Below are positions 1 to 12,531 of a DNA stretch of 64,000 bases, piece by piece. The stretch is from Octopus sinensis (lineage: Eukaryota). A model generated the notes under the pieces. The model ran no database searches, was not told where the DNA came from, and saw nothing but the letters and a program-made list of their open reading frames with translations. The stretch spans positions 12,288,464 to 12,352,463 of the forward strand of contig NC_043011.1 of the NCBI RefSeq assembly GCF_006345805.1, read 5' to 3'. The position numbers and the translations under genes are program-made. Within the stretch, counting starts at the first letter, position 1. Every line of letters begins with the position of its first letter.

Positions 1-130
1 ACCGATAGAATAAGTACTGGGCTTACAAAGAATAAGTCCCAGGGTCGATTTGCTCGACTAAAGGCGATGCTCCAGCATGGCCGCAGTCAAATGACTGAAA
101 CAAGTAAAAGAGTAAAAGAGTAAAAGAGTA
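1..130 (+). mobile_element. SINE family A 3' end
   Basis: ..ccagcatggccgcagtcaaatgactgaaacaagtaaaagagtaaaagag tail. Confidence 0.9.
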
Positions 131-164
131 ATCCTATTTCAAAGAACAAAAAAGAAGGAAGTAC

Positions 165-364
165 CTTCCCAAGTTCTTCTCTGTGAGGCGTCTCCACTCC
201 ATGTTTTGGAACAACACCAGTGAAGCTGTTAGTATGCTTCAGTTTCCGTACTCCAGAAATCTGACACATTGGTCGGTTCTTGTCCTTTTGAAATATATCT
301 TTGTTTCCTGGTCTATCTGTGTCTTCTACCTTTAGTGTTGGCACATCTAATTCCTGTTGTTTAT
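165..364 (-). CDS. PDE4: PDE4 internal exon, LR2 linker to start of the catalytic domain, 200 nt, phase 1 to 0
   Basis: Encodes (D)KQQELDVPTLKVED...RPMCQISGVRKLKHTNSFTGVVPKHGVETPHREELGK, matching the PDE4 DKQ..RPMSQISGVKKL..P.FGV.T pattern; acceptor tttcag at 365-370, donor AAG|gtac; phase fits the 34986 exon. Confidence 0.96.
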
Positions 365-944
365 CTGAAATAAAACAGGTTGACATTAGTTAGATATGTT
401 GAAGCTTCGAAGCATCAAATTTTATAGTTAAATATCTTTTTTTTTTACAGGAACTGCTCCTTAAAAAGGGAAATATACTTTAGTTGCAGACTAAAATCCA
501 CAAGTTTTCATGGCAAACCTATATTCTACATGGTACTGCTCATCATCCTCAAACAGCATTACAAAGTAAATTAAAGAAACTTAAGGAGTCAATCCAAAGT
601 TAAAATCACAAATTCTAAGATATTATTCTTCATATCTGCCTTAGTTTATAAAAAAAATATAAGGAGATATGAAGGAAGAGAATCATAAGTTTTGGTTCAT
701 AAATTCAACATCTATTTTGAGTAGTGTGCTTTATTGCAACTAAAACGGATTTAAAATGATGAAACAGGTGTAAAATCTAAAACAAAACAAAAAAAGAGTG
801 CAAAAAAGATAGTAAAAGCTAAGATCATTATTAAGATAATATAAAGTATTTCCAGAAACAATGCTAATGATTTTCTTAGATTTATTTTAAACTTCAAGCA
901 AATTTATGTCAATTGTTAATGATGATGATGATGATGATGATAAT

Positions 945-1152
945 AATACTTTCTACTATAGGCACAAGGCCTGAAACTTTGGGTTAAGGGGCTAGTTGAT
1001 TACAGTGACCCCAGTGCGTTACTAGTACTTGTTTCATTGACCCCCATGAAGGCAAAGGTGACCTCAGTGGAATTTGAACTAAGAACAAGGATGGATGAAA
1101 TCCTGCTAAGCATTTTCCCTGGTGAGCTAATGATTCTGCCAGTTCACCACCT
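945..1152 (-). mobile_element. SINE family B variant (head ggcggcgagctggcagaa, central gactttgcctttcatcc domain)
   Basis: Matches many copies in the window; similar variants at 3995-4140, 7812-8007, 8046-8245, 16228-16444. Confidence 0.8.
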
Positions 1153-1195
1153 TAATAATAATAGTAGTAGTAGTCGTAGTAGTAGTAGTAGTAAC

Positions 1196-1248
<53 letters not shown>

Positions 1249-1321
1249 GGAGAAGAAGAAGAAGAAGAAGAAGAAGAAGAAGAAGAAGAAGAAGAAGAAG
1301 AAGAAGAAGAAGAAGAAGAAG

Positions 1322-1350
<29 letters not shown>
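1153..1350 (+). repeat. Compound microsatellite (TAG)n(TAA)n(GAA)n
   Basis: Direct reading. Confidence 0.98.
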
Positions 1351-1352
<2 letters not shown>

Positions 1353-3963
1353 GGAAGAATTTTGGAAAGAACTATGTTCAGTGAATGAACAACCACAGAA
1401 AAGGACTATTAAAACAACAAACTTAGCACCTGAGCAACTCTGGACCCCCATAACAACTGAAGACATCACCCAGGCACTGCAAAGACTAAGCAACTGGAAG
1501 GCACCTGGGTACGACAAGATCCCCAACTTCTGGTTCAAATATCTGACAAGAATACACAAAAAGCTGGCTGAAAACTTTAACGACATACTAGCAGAGCCAG
1601 AGATAATGCCTGAATGGCTCACGAAGGGGAAAACCATCCTAATTTCCAAATCCAATGAAGCAACAAAACAAGAAAACTACAGACCTATAACCTGTCTCCC
1701 TACAATGTACAAAGCCTTTACTGCGGTAATATCACAAAGATTGAACAAGCATCTGGAAGAAAAACAACCTGTTTCCAGAAGAGCAGAAGGGATTCTGCAA
1801 GGGCTCATATGGCTGTAAAGATCAACTAATGATCAATAAAGCCATAACTGAAGACAGCCGCAGAAAGAAGAAAGGCCTCAGTATGGCCTGGATCGACTAC
1901 CGAAAGGCTTTTGATAGCATTCCTCACACATGGATCCTCAAAACACTATCCATTAACAAGGTAGCACCAATAATTATAAAATACATAGGACACTCTATGA
2001 ATAAATGGCAGACAGTGCTACAGCTCCAAACAAAAGAGGGACTCGTGAAAACCAAAGCCATCCCCATTAGAAGAGGAATATTCCAGGGAGACACGCTCTC
2101 TCCACTCCATTTCTGCTTGGCACTGACACCTCTATCTGATATGCTAAATAGAACTGGATGTAGATACAAATGTTACGGCAAAACAATCAGCCACCTTTTA
2201 TATATGGATGACCTAAAACTATACGCTACAATGACAAACAGCTGGAAACACAACTACAGACAGCACATGGATTTATCAAAGAAATAGATATGAAATTTGG
2301 ATTAGAAAAATGCACCAAAGCAACCCTGAAAAGAGGAAAACTAGTTAAGAGTAGCAACATCATGCTAGATAAAGCCAATGAAATAAGAGAATTAGATCAA
2401 AGCCAGACATACAAATATTTAGGAATCCGTGAACTAGATAAGACACAACGCACACAAATGAGAGAGAAAATAAAGAAAGAATACTATAGACGAGTTAGAT
2501 CAATACTAAAAACAGAGCTCAATGCTAAAAACAAGATAGTAGGTATTAACACTTTAGCCGTCCCAGTTATAAGTTACAGCTACAATATCCTTAACTGGAC
2601 ACTAAATGAACTAACCAAAATAGACAGGAAAACAAGAAAAATAATAACAGGATCTAGGATGCATCACCCAAAATCTGACATAGAAAGGCTATATATACAA
2701 CGTATAGAAGGTGGTAGAAGCATATACAGCTGGAAAACTATTATAAAATAACCACCATAGGACTGCAAAAATATCTACTTCAGAAGCAAGGAAAACTGAT
2801 ACAAATAGTGGCAAAACACAAGCAAAACAAAAAAAATGTTCTCAGTATTTAAGGAAGCTGACAAATACAAACAAGAAATCATACTACCTAACAAATATGA
2901 AGAAGAAGAAGAAGAAGGAGGAGGAGGAGGAGGAGAAGAAGAAGGAGAAGAAGAAGAAGGAGAAGAAGAAGAAGAAGAAGAAGGAGAAGAAGAAGAAGAA
3001 GAAGAAGAAGAAGAAGAAGAAGAAGAAGAAGAAGAAGAAGAAGAAGAAGAAAAAGCTATAAAACAAATGAAATCCAAACTAAAATTAGAACAGCAATGGA
3101 CCATGATAAAACGATGGCAAGAAAAGCCCCTTCATGGCAAATACTGGACTAAACTAAAGGCAAAAGAAATAGACAGAGAAAAATCACAGCAATGGTTGAG
3201 AAGTTCTGGACTTAAAGCAGAGACAGAGGGATTATTAATTGCAGAACAAGACCAAAGCCTCCCCACCAGAAATTACCAAAAATATATAATGAAAAGGAAC
3301 ATAACAAGTAACTGCAGAATATGTGGAGATGGACAAGAAACAATATATCATATTATCTCTGGTTGCCCAGTCCTGGCTAAGAAGGAATATATTCACAGAC
3401 ACGACAGAGCTGGGACCTACATACACTGGAAGCTATGCCAACTCTATGGAATAACAACAGAAAAAAGATGGTTTAGGCACACATCAGAAAAGGTCACAGA
3501 AAGTGAGAAAGCAACCATACTCTGGGATATGCCAACACACACAAATAGAGAAATTAAGGCCAATAGGCCAGATAAAGTTGTCAGAGATCATAAAGAAAAA
3601 AATGCTTTCTAATTGATGTATCAATACCAGCAGATGACAATGGAGAAACTTTCAAAATACAAAGACCTGGAAATAGAGGTAACTCGAATGTGGAATCTAA
3701 AAACAGAAACAGTTCCTATCATAGTAGGCGCATTAAGTATGATAAAAAAAATATTCAGACAAATACATAGCAAAAACACCAGGACTTACAAATATATATA
3801 ACATACAGAAAATTGCACTACTAGGCACTGCACACATCCTATGCAAAACACTTTCAATACAGTAACCATCAGAGCATCAAACCAAACCACAGCACATACC
3901 CAAGGCACACAGAGCTGCACTCAGTAGTGAAGTGAAAGCACGCTATAAAAATAAAACTACTGA
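1351..3963 (+). mobile_element. 5'-truncated R4/Dong-type non-LTR retrotransposon (RT, CCHC finger, restriction-like endonuclease), frameshifted
   Basis: ORF pieces 1351-1818, 1829-2287, 2290-2751, 2836-3612, 3613-3801 carry WIDYRKAFDSIPH, GIFQGDTLSP, LLYMDDLKL, CRICGDGQETIYHIISGC..RHD, ANRPD..LIDVSIP; (TAA)n on both sides. Confidence 0.92.
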
Positions 3964-4146
3964 ATAATAATAATAATAATAATCATAATAATAGTGATGG
4001 TTTTAAATTTTGGTACAAGGCTTGCAATTTTGGGAGTGGGGCAAATCTATTACTTCGACCCCAGCCTTCAACTGATACTTATTTTATCAACCCTGAAAGG
4101 ATGAAAAGTACAGTTGACCTCGGAATGTAGCAACGGGTGAAATACC

Positions 4147-4386
4147 TATTTCTTTACTGCCCACAAGGGGCTACACACAGAGGAGACAAACAAGGACAGG
4201 CAAACGGATTAAGTCGATTATATTGACCCCAGTGCGTAACTGGTACTTATTTAATCAACCCCGAAAGGATGAAAGGCAAAGTTGACCTCGGCGGAATTTG
4301 AACTCAGAACGTAGCGGCAGACGAAATACCACTAAGCATTTCACCCGGCACGCCAGCGTGCTAACATTTCTTCCAGCTTGCCGCCT
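4147..4386 (-). mobile_element. SINE family B
   Basis: Full match including the ccccttgtgggtagtaaagaaata tail. Confidence 0.9.
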
Positions 4387-4468
4387 TCAGGTGAAATACC
4401 ACTAAGCATTTCATCCAGGTGCTAACGATCCTGCCAGCTTGCCGACTTGATAAGTAACAATAATAATA

Positions 4469-4965
4469 GTACCAGGCAGTGGCTTTCATGGCTTCTCATC
4501 TTAACTGATTGGAAGTGTCATCATGTACATTGTTTTGTCTTGGTATAAAAGATGGGCTACAGAAAACATTCCGCTCAATACCACAGATTTGTTTGTCAGT
4601 TGTTTGACCGTAACCAGTTGAGCATGTTCCTTAGTGGCTGATGATATGTGCATCACTAATCACGAGCAGAAGTAGTGATGGGGGGCATCATAGCCATGTG
4701 TTGAGAGGAATTCTTTGGGGTTTGAATAATTCATCTCTGGAAACATGGATGTTTTGTTCAGTATCCTTAAACAACCCTTATCCAGGGACCTTTTGAGTGG
4801 GATGGGCTACTCGACCTGAAGAAAATGCTAACTGGGCCCCACTGTTAATCTTGATATGTGATCACCATGTCATGCACATATGGTTGTGATGAATGTGCCT
4901 GGTGTGCCCTTATCAGACGGGTATACTGGGCTTCATATATTTTACACCAGTGTCACTTTGATCCT
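4469..4965 (+). mobile_element. Non-coding interspersed element in a (TAA)n context, truncated copy
   Basis: Closely matches 5049-5606; 3' end replaced by a SINE fragment. Confidence 0.7.
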
Positions 4966-4996
4966 GAAAGGATGAAAGGTAAAGTCAACCTTGGTG

Positions 4997-5048
<52 letters not shown>

Positions 5049-5049
<1 letters not shown>

Positions 5050-5604
5050 TGCCCTGATGCAATACCAGGCAGTGGCTCTCATGGCTTCTGATCTTAACTG
5101 ATTGGAAGTGTTATCATGTACATTGTTTTGTCTTGGTATAAAAGATGGGCTACAGCAAATATTCTGCTCAATACCACAGATTTGCTTGTCAGTTGTTTGA
5201 CCTTAACCAGTTGAGCATGTCCCTTAGTGGCTGACGATATGTGCATCTCTGATCACGAGCAGAAGTAGTGGGGGAGCATCATAGCCATGTGTTGAGAGGG
5301 ATTCTTTGGGGTTTGAATAATTCACCTCTGGAAACATGGGTGGTTCTTTCAACATCCTTAAACAACCCTTATTCAGGGACCTTTTGAGCGGGATGGGCTA
5401 CTCAACCTGAAGAAATTTCTAACTGGGCCCCACCTGCAAGGTCATGTGCTGTTTATCTTGATATGAGATCACCATGTCGCGCACATATGGTTGTGATGCA
5501 TGTGCCTGGTGTACCCTTATCAGACGGGTAGTCATGATGTGTATATTGGGCTTCGTATATTTTACCCCAGTGTCACTTTGATGGCATGAACTGCTCTCTC
5601 ACTC

Positions 5605-5606
<2 letters not shown>
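5049..5606 (+). mobile_element. Non-coding ~550-bp element between (TAA)n tracts
   Basis: (TAA)n at 5000-5048 and 5606-5641; second copy at 4469-4965; no long ORF. Confidence 0.7.
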
Positions 5607-5643
<37 letters not shown>

Positions 5644-5794
5644 TTCTTTTATTGGCCACATGGAGAACAATATCAAAAGATAAGATAGAAAACAAGTGGG
5701 CCCTATATCGATCGATATAGGGCCCACAATATCAAAGGATACAACAAAAGATAGATAAATAGAAGTTAGAGAAGTAAATAATTAATGAATAGAA

Positions 5795-6178
5795 TCTCTC
5801 TCTATATAAACGGCAGTTTGTCTGTGCGTGTTTCTGTGTGTCTGTTTGCTTGTACCCTCACCCTGACCACGGCTTTCAACCGATTCTGATGAAACTTGAC
5901 ACACACATAGCCCAATGTCATAATTCAAACTAACGCAGCGAAAATTTTGAAAAGTTCCCGCAGTTCTGAAAAAAATCGATAAATTCGACATGGGGTCGAC
6001 AATCAGAAACACAAACCACAGATGGTCTAGGGGACGCAACTCGACCTTTTTAACTATCAAAAAAAATTTACCATCATTTTTTCCCCCATTTTTTTGCTAT
6101 TTTTTGGCTATAACTCTCTAAAAATGCTTTATAGTTATTTCCCTTACAAACCCGAGCAATGCCGGGCGATACTGCTAG
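5795..6178 (+). mobile_element. Non-autonomous Helitron-like element, 384 bp
   Basis: A|TC 5' end (tctctctctatataaa), subterminal hairpin cccg-agcaatgc-cggg, CTAG|T 3' end, no TSD. Confidence 0.75.
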
Positions 6179-6199
6179 TACCTAATAGAAGGGTAGTCC

Positions 6200-7260
6200 A
6201 CTTAGGGTAATCTGGGATAAATCTCATGCAAAACTCCCAGATTACTCTACCATTCTCAAAGCATGGGAAAAAATGCCCTCTTCCAGTTTCTTTCCTTCTG
6301 CTTAGAAAAGCATGGTCAGAGTAGATCCATTCAGTCTCACCAGCCTTGCCACTCTCGTCCACCTTTTGATAAACACTAGAAAGCAGCGCCTCTCTCTCCA
6401 CTCTTGCCTTCCTCTTCGAATGATATGTAAAGAAATTGATGAGAGCTTGGCCAGATAGGAAAGTGCCTGTCATTAAATTTTTAGATAGATCCACTGCACA
6501 ATCTCTTTTACTCCAGAGAAAGCTCTTCCTTCCTTCTCTGCTAAAGGAAGGTGGTATACTCTTTACTCTCTTTTACTCTTTTACTTGTTTCAGTCATTTG
6601 ACTGTGGCCATGCTAGAGCACCACCTTTAGTCGAGCAAATCGACCCCAGGACTTATTCTTTGTAAGCCTAGTACTTATTTTATCGGTCTCTTTTGCCGAA
6701 CCGCTAAGTTACAGGGATGTAAGCACACCAGCATTGGGTGTCAAGTGATGTTGGGGGACAAACGCAGACACACAATATATACACACGCATGCATACATAT
6801 ATATATATATATACATACGACGGGCTTCTTTCAGTTTCCATCTACCAAATCCACTCACAAGGCTTTGGTTGGCCTGAGGCTATAACAGAAGACACTTGCC
6901 CAGGGTGCCATGCACTGGGACTGAACCCGTAACCATGTAGTTCGTGTGCAAGCTACTTACCACACAGCCACTCCTACGCCTACACTTGGTAGACAGTTGG
7001 ATTTGTCTTACATGAGACAGCAGCTGCTCAACATACAGACTCCAAATGATTGCATGCATGACGGTTTTGTCCACCTGCATGCATCATGGGCAGGTTTGGC
7101 TTGTCTCAAACAGGCAATGCACCCCCACCCACGTAGCTCAGCCATGCCAAAGACTTTTGAAAATTGTTCATGATCTTCAGCCAGAAAGTCCTCTGAAAGA
7201 GACCACTCAGACAGTTCTTGTTGATGCTTAGAGTCAATCCTAGGCCAGTGTCACTCATAC
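6200..7260 (-). mobile_element. Decayed L1/Tx1-like LINE 3' fragment split by a SINE (6557-6980)
   Basis: Minus-strand peptides QVDKTVMHAIIWSLYVEQLLSHVRQIQLS and LSGQALINFFTYHSKRKARVERE resemble L1/Tx1 ORF2 C-termini. Confidence 0.55.
6557..6980 (-). mobile_element. SINE family A (tRNA-derived, CORE-like ccttgggcaag, (GAGTAAAA)n tail)
   Basis: A-box tggctgtgtggt, B-box ggttcagtccc; more than 12 related copies in the window. Confidence 0.9.
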
Positions 7261-7261
7261 C

Positions 7262-7487
7262 TATTTATTTACTACCCACAAGGGGCTAAACATAGAGGGG
7301 ACAAACAAGGATAGACAAAGGGTTTAAGTCGATTACATCGATCCCAGTGTGTAACTGGTACTTATTTAATCGACCCCAAAAGGATGAAAGGCAAAGTCGC
7401 CCTTCGGCGGAATTTGACCTCAGAACGTAACGGCAGACAAAATACGGCTACGCATTTCACCCGGCATGCTAACGTTTCTGCCAGCTC
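7262..7487 (-). mobile_element. SINE family B
   Basis: Full match. Confidence 0.9.
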
Positions 7488-8005
7488 AACTCATCCCCAC
7501 TCTCTCTCTTTCGGAGAGGCACTGAGCAGCTATACGCACACATACACACACGGCAGTAACTCCCGCCTACCAAATTCAATCACAAAGCTCCGGTCGGCTT
7601 GGGGCTATAGTGGAAGACACCTACCCAAAGTGCCACGCAGCCTCTATAGAAATTTTGGATTGTCTTCCTGCTAACGCTTTTTTCCAGTTGTGACTTGGCA
7701 CCAGCCACAGAATTGGTCTGTGGCACTCAGCAAGTTGTCCCTCAGGAATTCCCAGTTGCTCTCTATGTCACAAGCCTGTAGCTCCACCTCCCTTTCAAAT
7801 TTCTCAAATAATGATTTCAAATTTGGCACAATTTTGGGGGATGGGGTAAGTTGATTACATTGACTCCGGTGCTCAAATGGTAATTCTTTTAGTGATCCTG
7901 GAAGGAAGAACAGTAAAGTTGAATTATGAAGTTAGAATGTAAAGACAAACGAAATGCTGCTAAGCATTTTGCCCAGCATGGTATCGATTTTGTCAGTTCA
8001 CTACC

Positions 8006-8044
<39 letters not shown>

Positions 8045-9134
8045 GTTTCAGATTTTGGTACAGGGTCGGTAAGTTTGGGGGGAGGGAGTAAGCTGATTAC
8101 ATCAGCCCTGGTGTTCAACTGGTACTTATTTTATCGACCCTAAAAGGATGAAAGACAGAGTCAATTTTGGTGGAATTTGAACTTAGAATGTAAGGATGAC
8201 CAAATGCTGCTTTTTCCTGGCACAATTCTGTTAGCTCACTGCCTTATTATTATTATCATCATCATTATTATTATTATGATTATTATTATTATTATTATTA
8301 TTATGATAATAATAATGAGAAGAAGAAGAAGAAGAAGAAGAAGAAGAAGAAGAATGGAAATAAATAAATAAATAATGGCAATAAAAAGCTAATAGTTTTT
8401 TTATATTTAAATTATATGAACAGAAATACATGATCTGATGGAAAACAGAGGTACTGGTTAGAGTTGTTTCTCAGTGCTTCTATCAAGATATGTAACTAAA
8501 TGGCACATTTCTGGGAAACAGCACACTGCTCATAACAAACAACTTTAGTTTGTATTTGTTGTTGGTAGAGCAACGAAGTCTAACAGTTCATATTTAGTGT
8601 TCTAGGTGCACGGAATGAGGTGAAAATTAGACTTGACAGCATATTTAGAAAACAATAGATAAAAATAGATATCCAAGCAGTCCAACCCATGCTAGCATGG
8701 AAAGTGGACATTAAACGATGATGATGATGATGATGAATTAATCTCAGCTTACTCTCTTACATATTTTTCCAATAATGTCCTTAAAGAGTTGTTGAATATT
8801 ATCAAGTTTTCAGTATAGTACAAATTCATTGTAAGCTTCTGCTGAAGCTTGTAATTTGAACCTAGTTCAAGTTGAAGGCTGGTTGTTATAGAAATATTAA
8901 TATATAATAAGTCATCAAAGACTAAATATGAAGAAATAAATAGCCATGTAGGCTATGGATCAGACGACTGTGTCATGATTTTAGATTAACTAACTGTGGT
9001 CATGTTAGAGATTTACAGTGACATAAGATAAGGATTAAAGATTAGATAAGAGGTAACCAGACATGCACATAAGTAAGGTAATAACACAAATGTACATATG
9101 CACATGCACACATTATTATTATGATTATTATTAT

Positions 9135-9345
9135 AAGGCTGCGAGCTGGCAGACACGTTAGCGTGCCGGGCGAAATGCTTAGCGGTATTTTGTCTGCCGT
9201 TATGTTCTGAGTTCAATTTCCGCCGAGGTCGACTTTGCCTTTCATCCTTTCAGGGTCGATAAATAAAGTACCAGTTACGCACTCGGGTCGATGTAATCGA
9301 CTTAATCCCTTTGTCTGTTTTTGGTTATCCCCTCTTGTGAGCAAA
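9135..9345 (+). mobile_element. SINE family B
   Basis: Head and central domain match. Confidence 0.9.
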
Positions 9346-9430
9346 AATGAATTATTATTATTATATGCTTGACTTTTGCTTTACATTTGCACAAGCTGGC
9401 TCCAAGTCTCACCCAGAGACCTCAAGAGAG

Positions 9431-9461
<31 letters not shown>

Positions 9462-10022
9462 AATCTCTGTTGATGTACCAGAAGCAATCAATGAAAGAAC
9501 TCAATGCATATGTGTAGTGTATTCTTTGGTAGATTTCAACTGAAAGATTCCTAATTTCAATACTTCAGTTACAGGTTTAGAATCTTTAAAGCAGCTATTC
9601 TGAGCCTGCTTTCCCTTTGAAATATTTGCTATTTGAATATATTTTTGAAATACTATATGAATATAATGAAGAAAATGTTTATCTTAATGCTGCTTTTTAA
9701 AAAACAAACAAAAACTCCTTGTAGATGTCACGTGCAAAATCACCTGCTTCAAGCTCACGTTTTTCATGTCATTTCCAGCACTCGTGGGAATATTCCAAAC
9801 AGCTTAAAGTGCATATAAGCAAGGTCACGAAAATAACTTACCTCTTGAAATTGCACTGATAAGTAGTATTATAAAGTAATATTTTATAGTAATATTTTTA
9901 AACAATGGTTATGTGCATATGTGAGTGTGTGTGTGAGTGTGTGTGTGTGTGTGCATTTTGCATGCACCTGTTTATATGCATATAAACCAACACACATAAA
10001 CACACATGTACTCATATATGCT

Positions 10023-10054
<32 letters not shown>

Positions 10055-12028
10055 ACACACACACACACACACATACAAGAGTTACAGAAGGGAGTATGGG
10101 AAATTTGGACTACATATGTTTCAGAGTGAGTGGAACCTCAGAAGTGGTAAAATCTTCAGGCCAAGGATATCTTGATTAGATTAAAGGCTACATTGTTGTA
10201 AGGAGGTGCATGTTGATGCAAAGATTCAATCAGAATATGTGGAGGGTACAGTATGTGAGGGGTATATAAATGAGGCGGAGAAGTAAGTAATAGAAGAAAG
10301 GAAGAAAGGAGAGAAAAATAAATAAATAAAATAAAATAAAATAAAATATAGGGAAGTGAGAGAAAGGAGGAACTTGGACGGGTCGGAGGTAGATAATATA
10401 GGAGGTTTAGCTTAATCACAGAATTCAATAGTGGGATTGGCATTTGAAGGGAAGAGAAATTGGAGGGGAGACAAAAAAGACAAAAAATCTGCAACCTTCC
10501 GTTTCATTAAACCACTATTGTTTCTGAAAGTTGTTTTTTTATATCCACTACAGATTGTTTGAAGCTAACTTTCTTCCTACAACTCGATCCCTGGATTTTA
10601 CATTTACACACACACATACACAAATCTCTGTTGATGTACCAGAAGCAATGAATGAAAGAACTCAATGCATATGTGTAGTGTATTCTTTGGTAGATTTCAA
10701 CTGAAAGATTCCTAATTTCAATACTTCAGTTACAGGTTTACAATCTTTCAGCAGATATTCTGAGCCTGCTTTCCCTTTGAAATATTTGCTATTTGAATAT
10801 ATTTTTGAAATACTATATGAATATAATGAAGAAAATGTTTATCTTAATGCTGCTTTTTTTAAAAAAAACAAACAAAAACTCCTTGTAGATGTCACGTGCA
10901 AAATCACCTGCTTCAAGCTCACGTTTTTCATATCATTTCTAGCTCTTGTGGGAATTTCCAAACAGCTTAAAGTTCATATAACCAAGGTCACGAAAATAAC
11001 TTACCCCATGAAATTGCACTGATAAGTAGTATTGGATTTTACCACTTCTGAGGTTCCACTTACTCTGAAACATATGTAGTCCAAATTTCCCATACTCCCT
11101 TCTGTAACTCTTGTATGTGTGTGTGTGTATAAGCATATATGAGTACATGTGTGTATATGTGTGTTGGTTTATATGCATATAAACAGGTGCATGCAAAATG
11201 CATACACACACTCACATATGCACATAACCATTGTTTAAAAATATTACTATAAAATATGTATTTTTTTACTACCCACAAGGGGCTAAACACAGAGTGGACA
11301 AACAAGGGATTGAGTCGATTACATCGTCCCCAGTGCGTAACTGGTACTTAATTTATCAACCCTGAAAGGATGAAAGGCAAAGTAGACCTTGGTGGAATTT
11401 GAACTCAGAACGTAGCGGTAGACGAAATACTGCTGAGCATTTCGCCCGGCATGCTAACGGTTCTGCCAGCTCGCCTTTATAATACTACTTATCAGTGCAA
11501 TTTCAAGAGGTAAGTTATTTTCGTGACCTTGCTTATATGAACTTTAAGCTGCTTGGAATATTCCCACGACAGCTAGAAATGACATGAAAAACGTGAGCTC
11601 GAAGCAGGTGATGTTGCACGTGACATTTACAAGGAGTTTTTGTGAGGAGGGTACAGTATGTGAGGCGTATATAAATGAGGGGAGAAGTAAGTAATAGAAG
11701 AAAGGAAGAAAGAAGAGAAAAATAAATAAATAAAATAAATAAAATAAAATAAAATATAGGGCAATGGAAAAAAAAGGAGGAACTTGGACGAGTCGGAGGT
11801 AGATAATATAGTAGTTTTAGCTTAATCACAGAATTCAATAGTGGGATTGGCATTTGAAGGGAAGAGAAATTGGAGGGGAGATAAAAAAGAAAAAAAAATC
11901 TGCAACCTTCTGTCTCAATAAACCACTATTGTTTCTGAAAGTTGTTTTTTTTTATATCCACTACAGATTGTTTGAAGCTAACTTTCTCCCTACACCTCGA
12001 TCCCTGGATTTTACATTTACACACACAC
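9462..12028. repeat. Local complex duplication with direct and inverted blocks
   Basis: 9462-9870 = 10623-11033; 9708-10154 inverted at 11035-11643 (split by a SINE); 10241-10615 = 11646-12028. Confidence 0.9.
11258..11476 (-). mobile_element. SINE family B inserted in an inverted duplication
   Basis: Full match; splits the inverted copy of 9708-10154. Confidence 0.9.
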
Positions 12029-12123
12029 CCACTAAGAGGTTAAAGTTGATAATTATTAAAAATAATGATGAAATAATAAGGGAAAAACCTCCTAAATTAT
12101 TTCTAAAAGATCAAGTAATTTGG

Positions 12124-12531
12124 ATACTCTTTTACTCTTTTACTTGTTTCAGTCATTTGACTGTGGCCATGCTGGAGCACCGCCTTTAGTCGAGCAAATC
12201 AACCCCGGGACTTATTCTTTGTAAGCCCAGTACTTATTCTATCGGTCTCTTTTGCCGAACCACTAAGTGACGGGGACGTAAACACACCAGCATCGGTTGT
12301 CAAGCAATGCTAGGGGGACAAACGCAAACACACACACACACATATACATATATATATATACACATATATGACAGGTTTCTTTCAGTTTCCGTCTACCAAA
12401 TCCACTCACAAGGCATTGGTCAGCCCGGGGCTATAGCAGAAGACACTTGCCCAAGATGCCACGCAGTGGGACTGAACCCGGAACCATGTGGTTGATTAGC
12501 AAGCTACTTACCACACAGCCACTCCTGCGCC
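12124..12531 (-). mobile_element. SINE family A
   Basis: Full-length match to the other copies. Confidence 0.9.

Noticed and set aside
5225-5270. CTGACGA / CTGATGA motifs (also 4636, 43243 minus, 54467 minus, 61775) as hammerheads
   Set aside because: No correctly spaced GAAA with stems II and III.
9842-9855. Possible PDE4 microexon (cag|TGCAATTTCAAGAG|gtaagt on the minus strand)
   Set aside because: 14 nt is not a multiple of 3, there is no PDE4 similarity, and the donor context differs in the duplicate copy.
12307-12495. Recurrent 60-120-aa ORFs with AEDTCPRCHAVGLNPEP
   Set aside because: Translations of SINE family A antisense strands, not genes.
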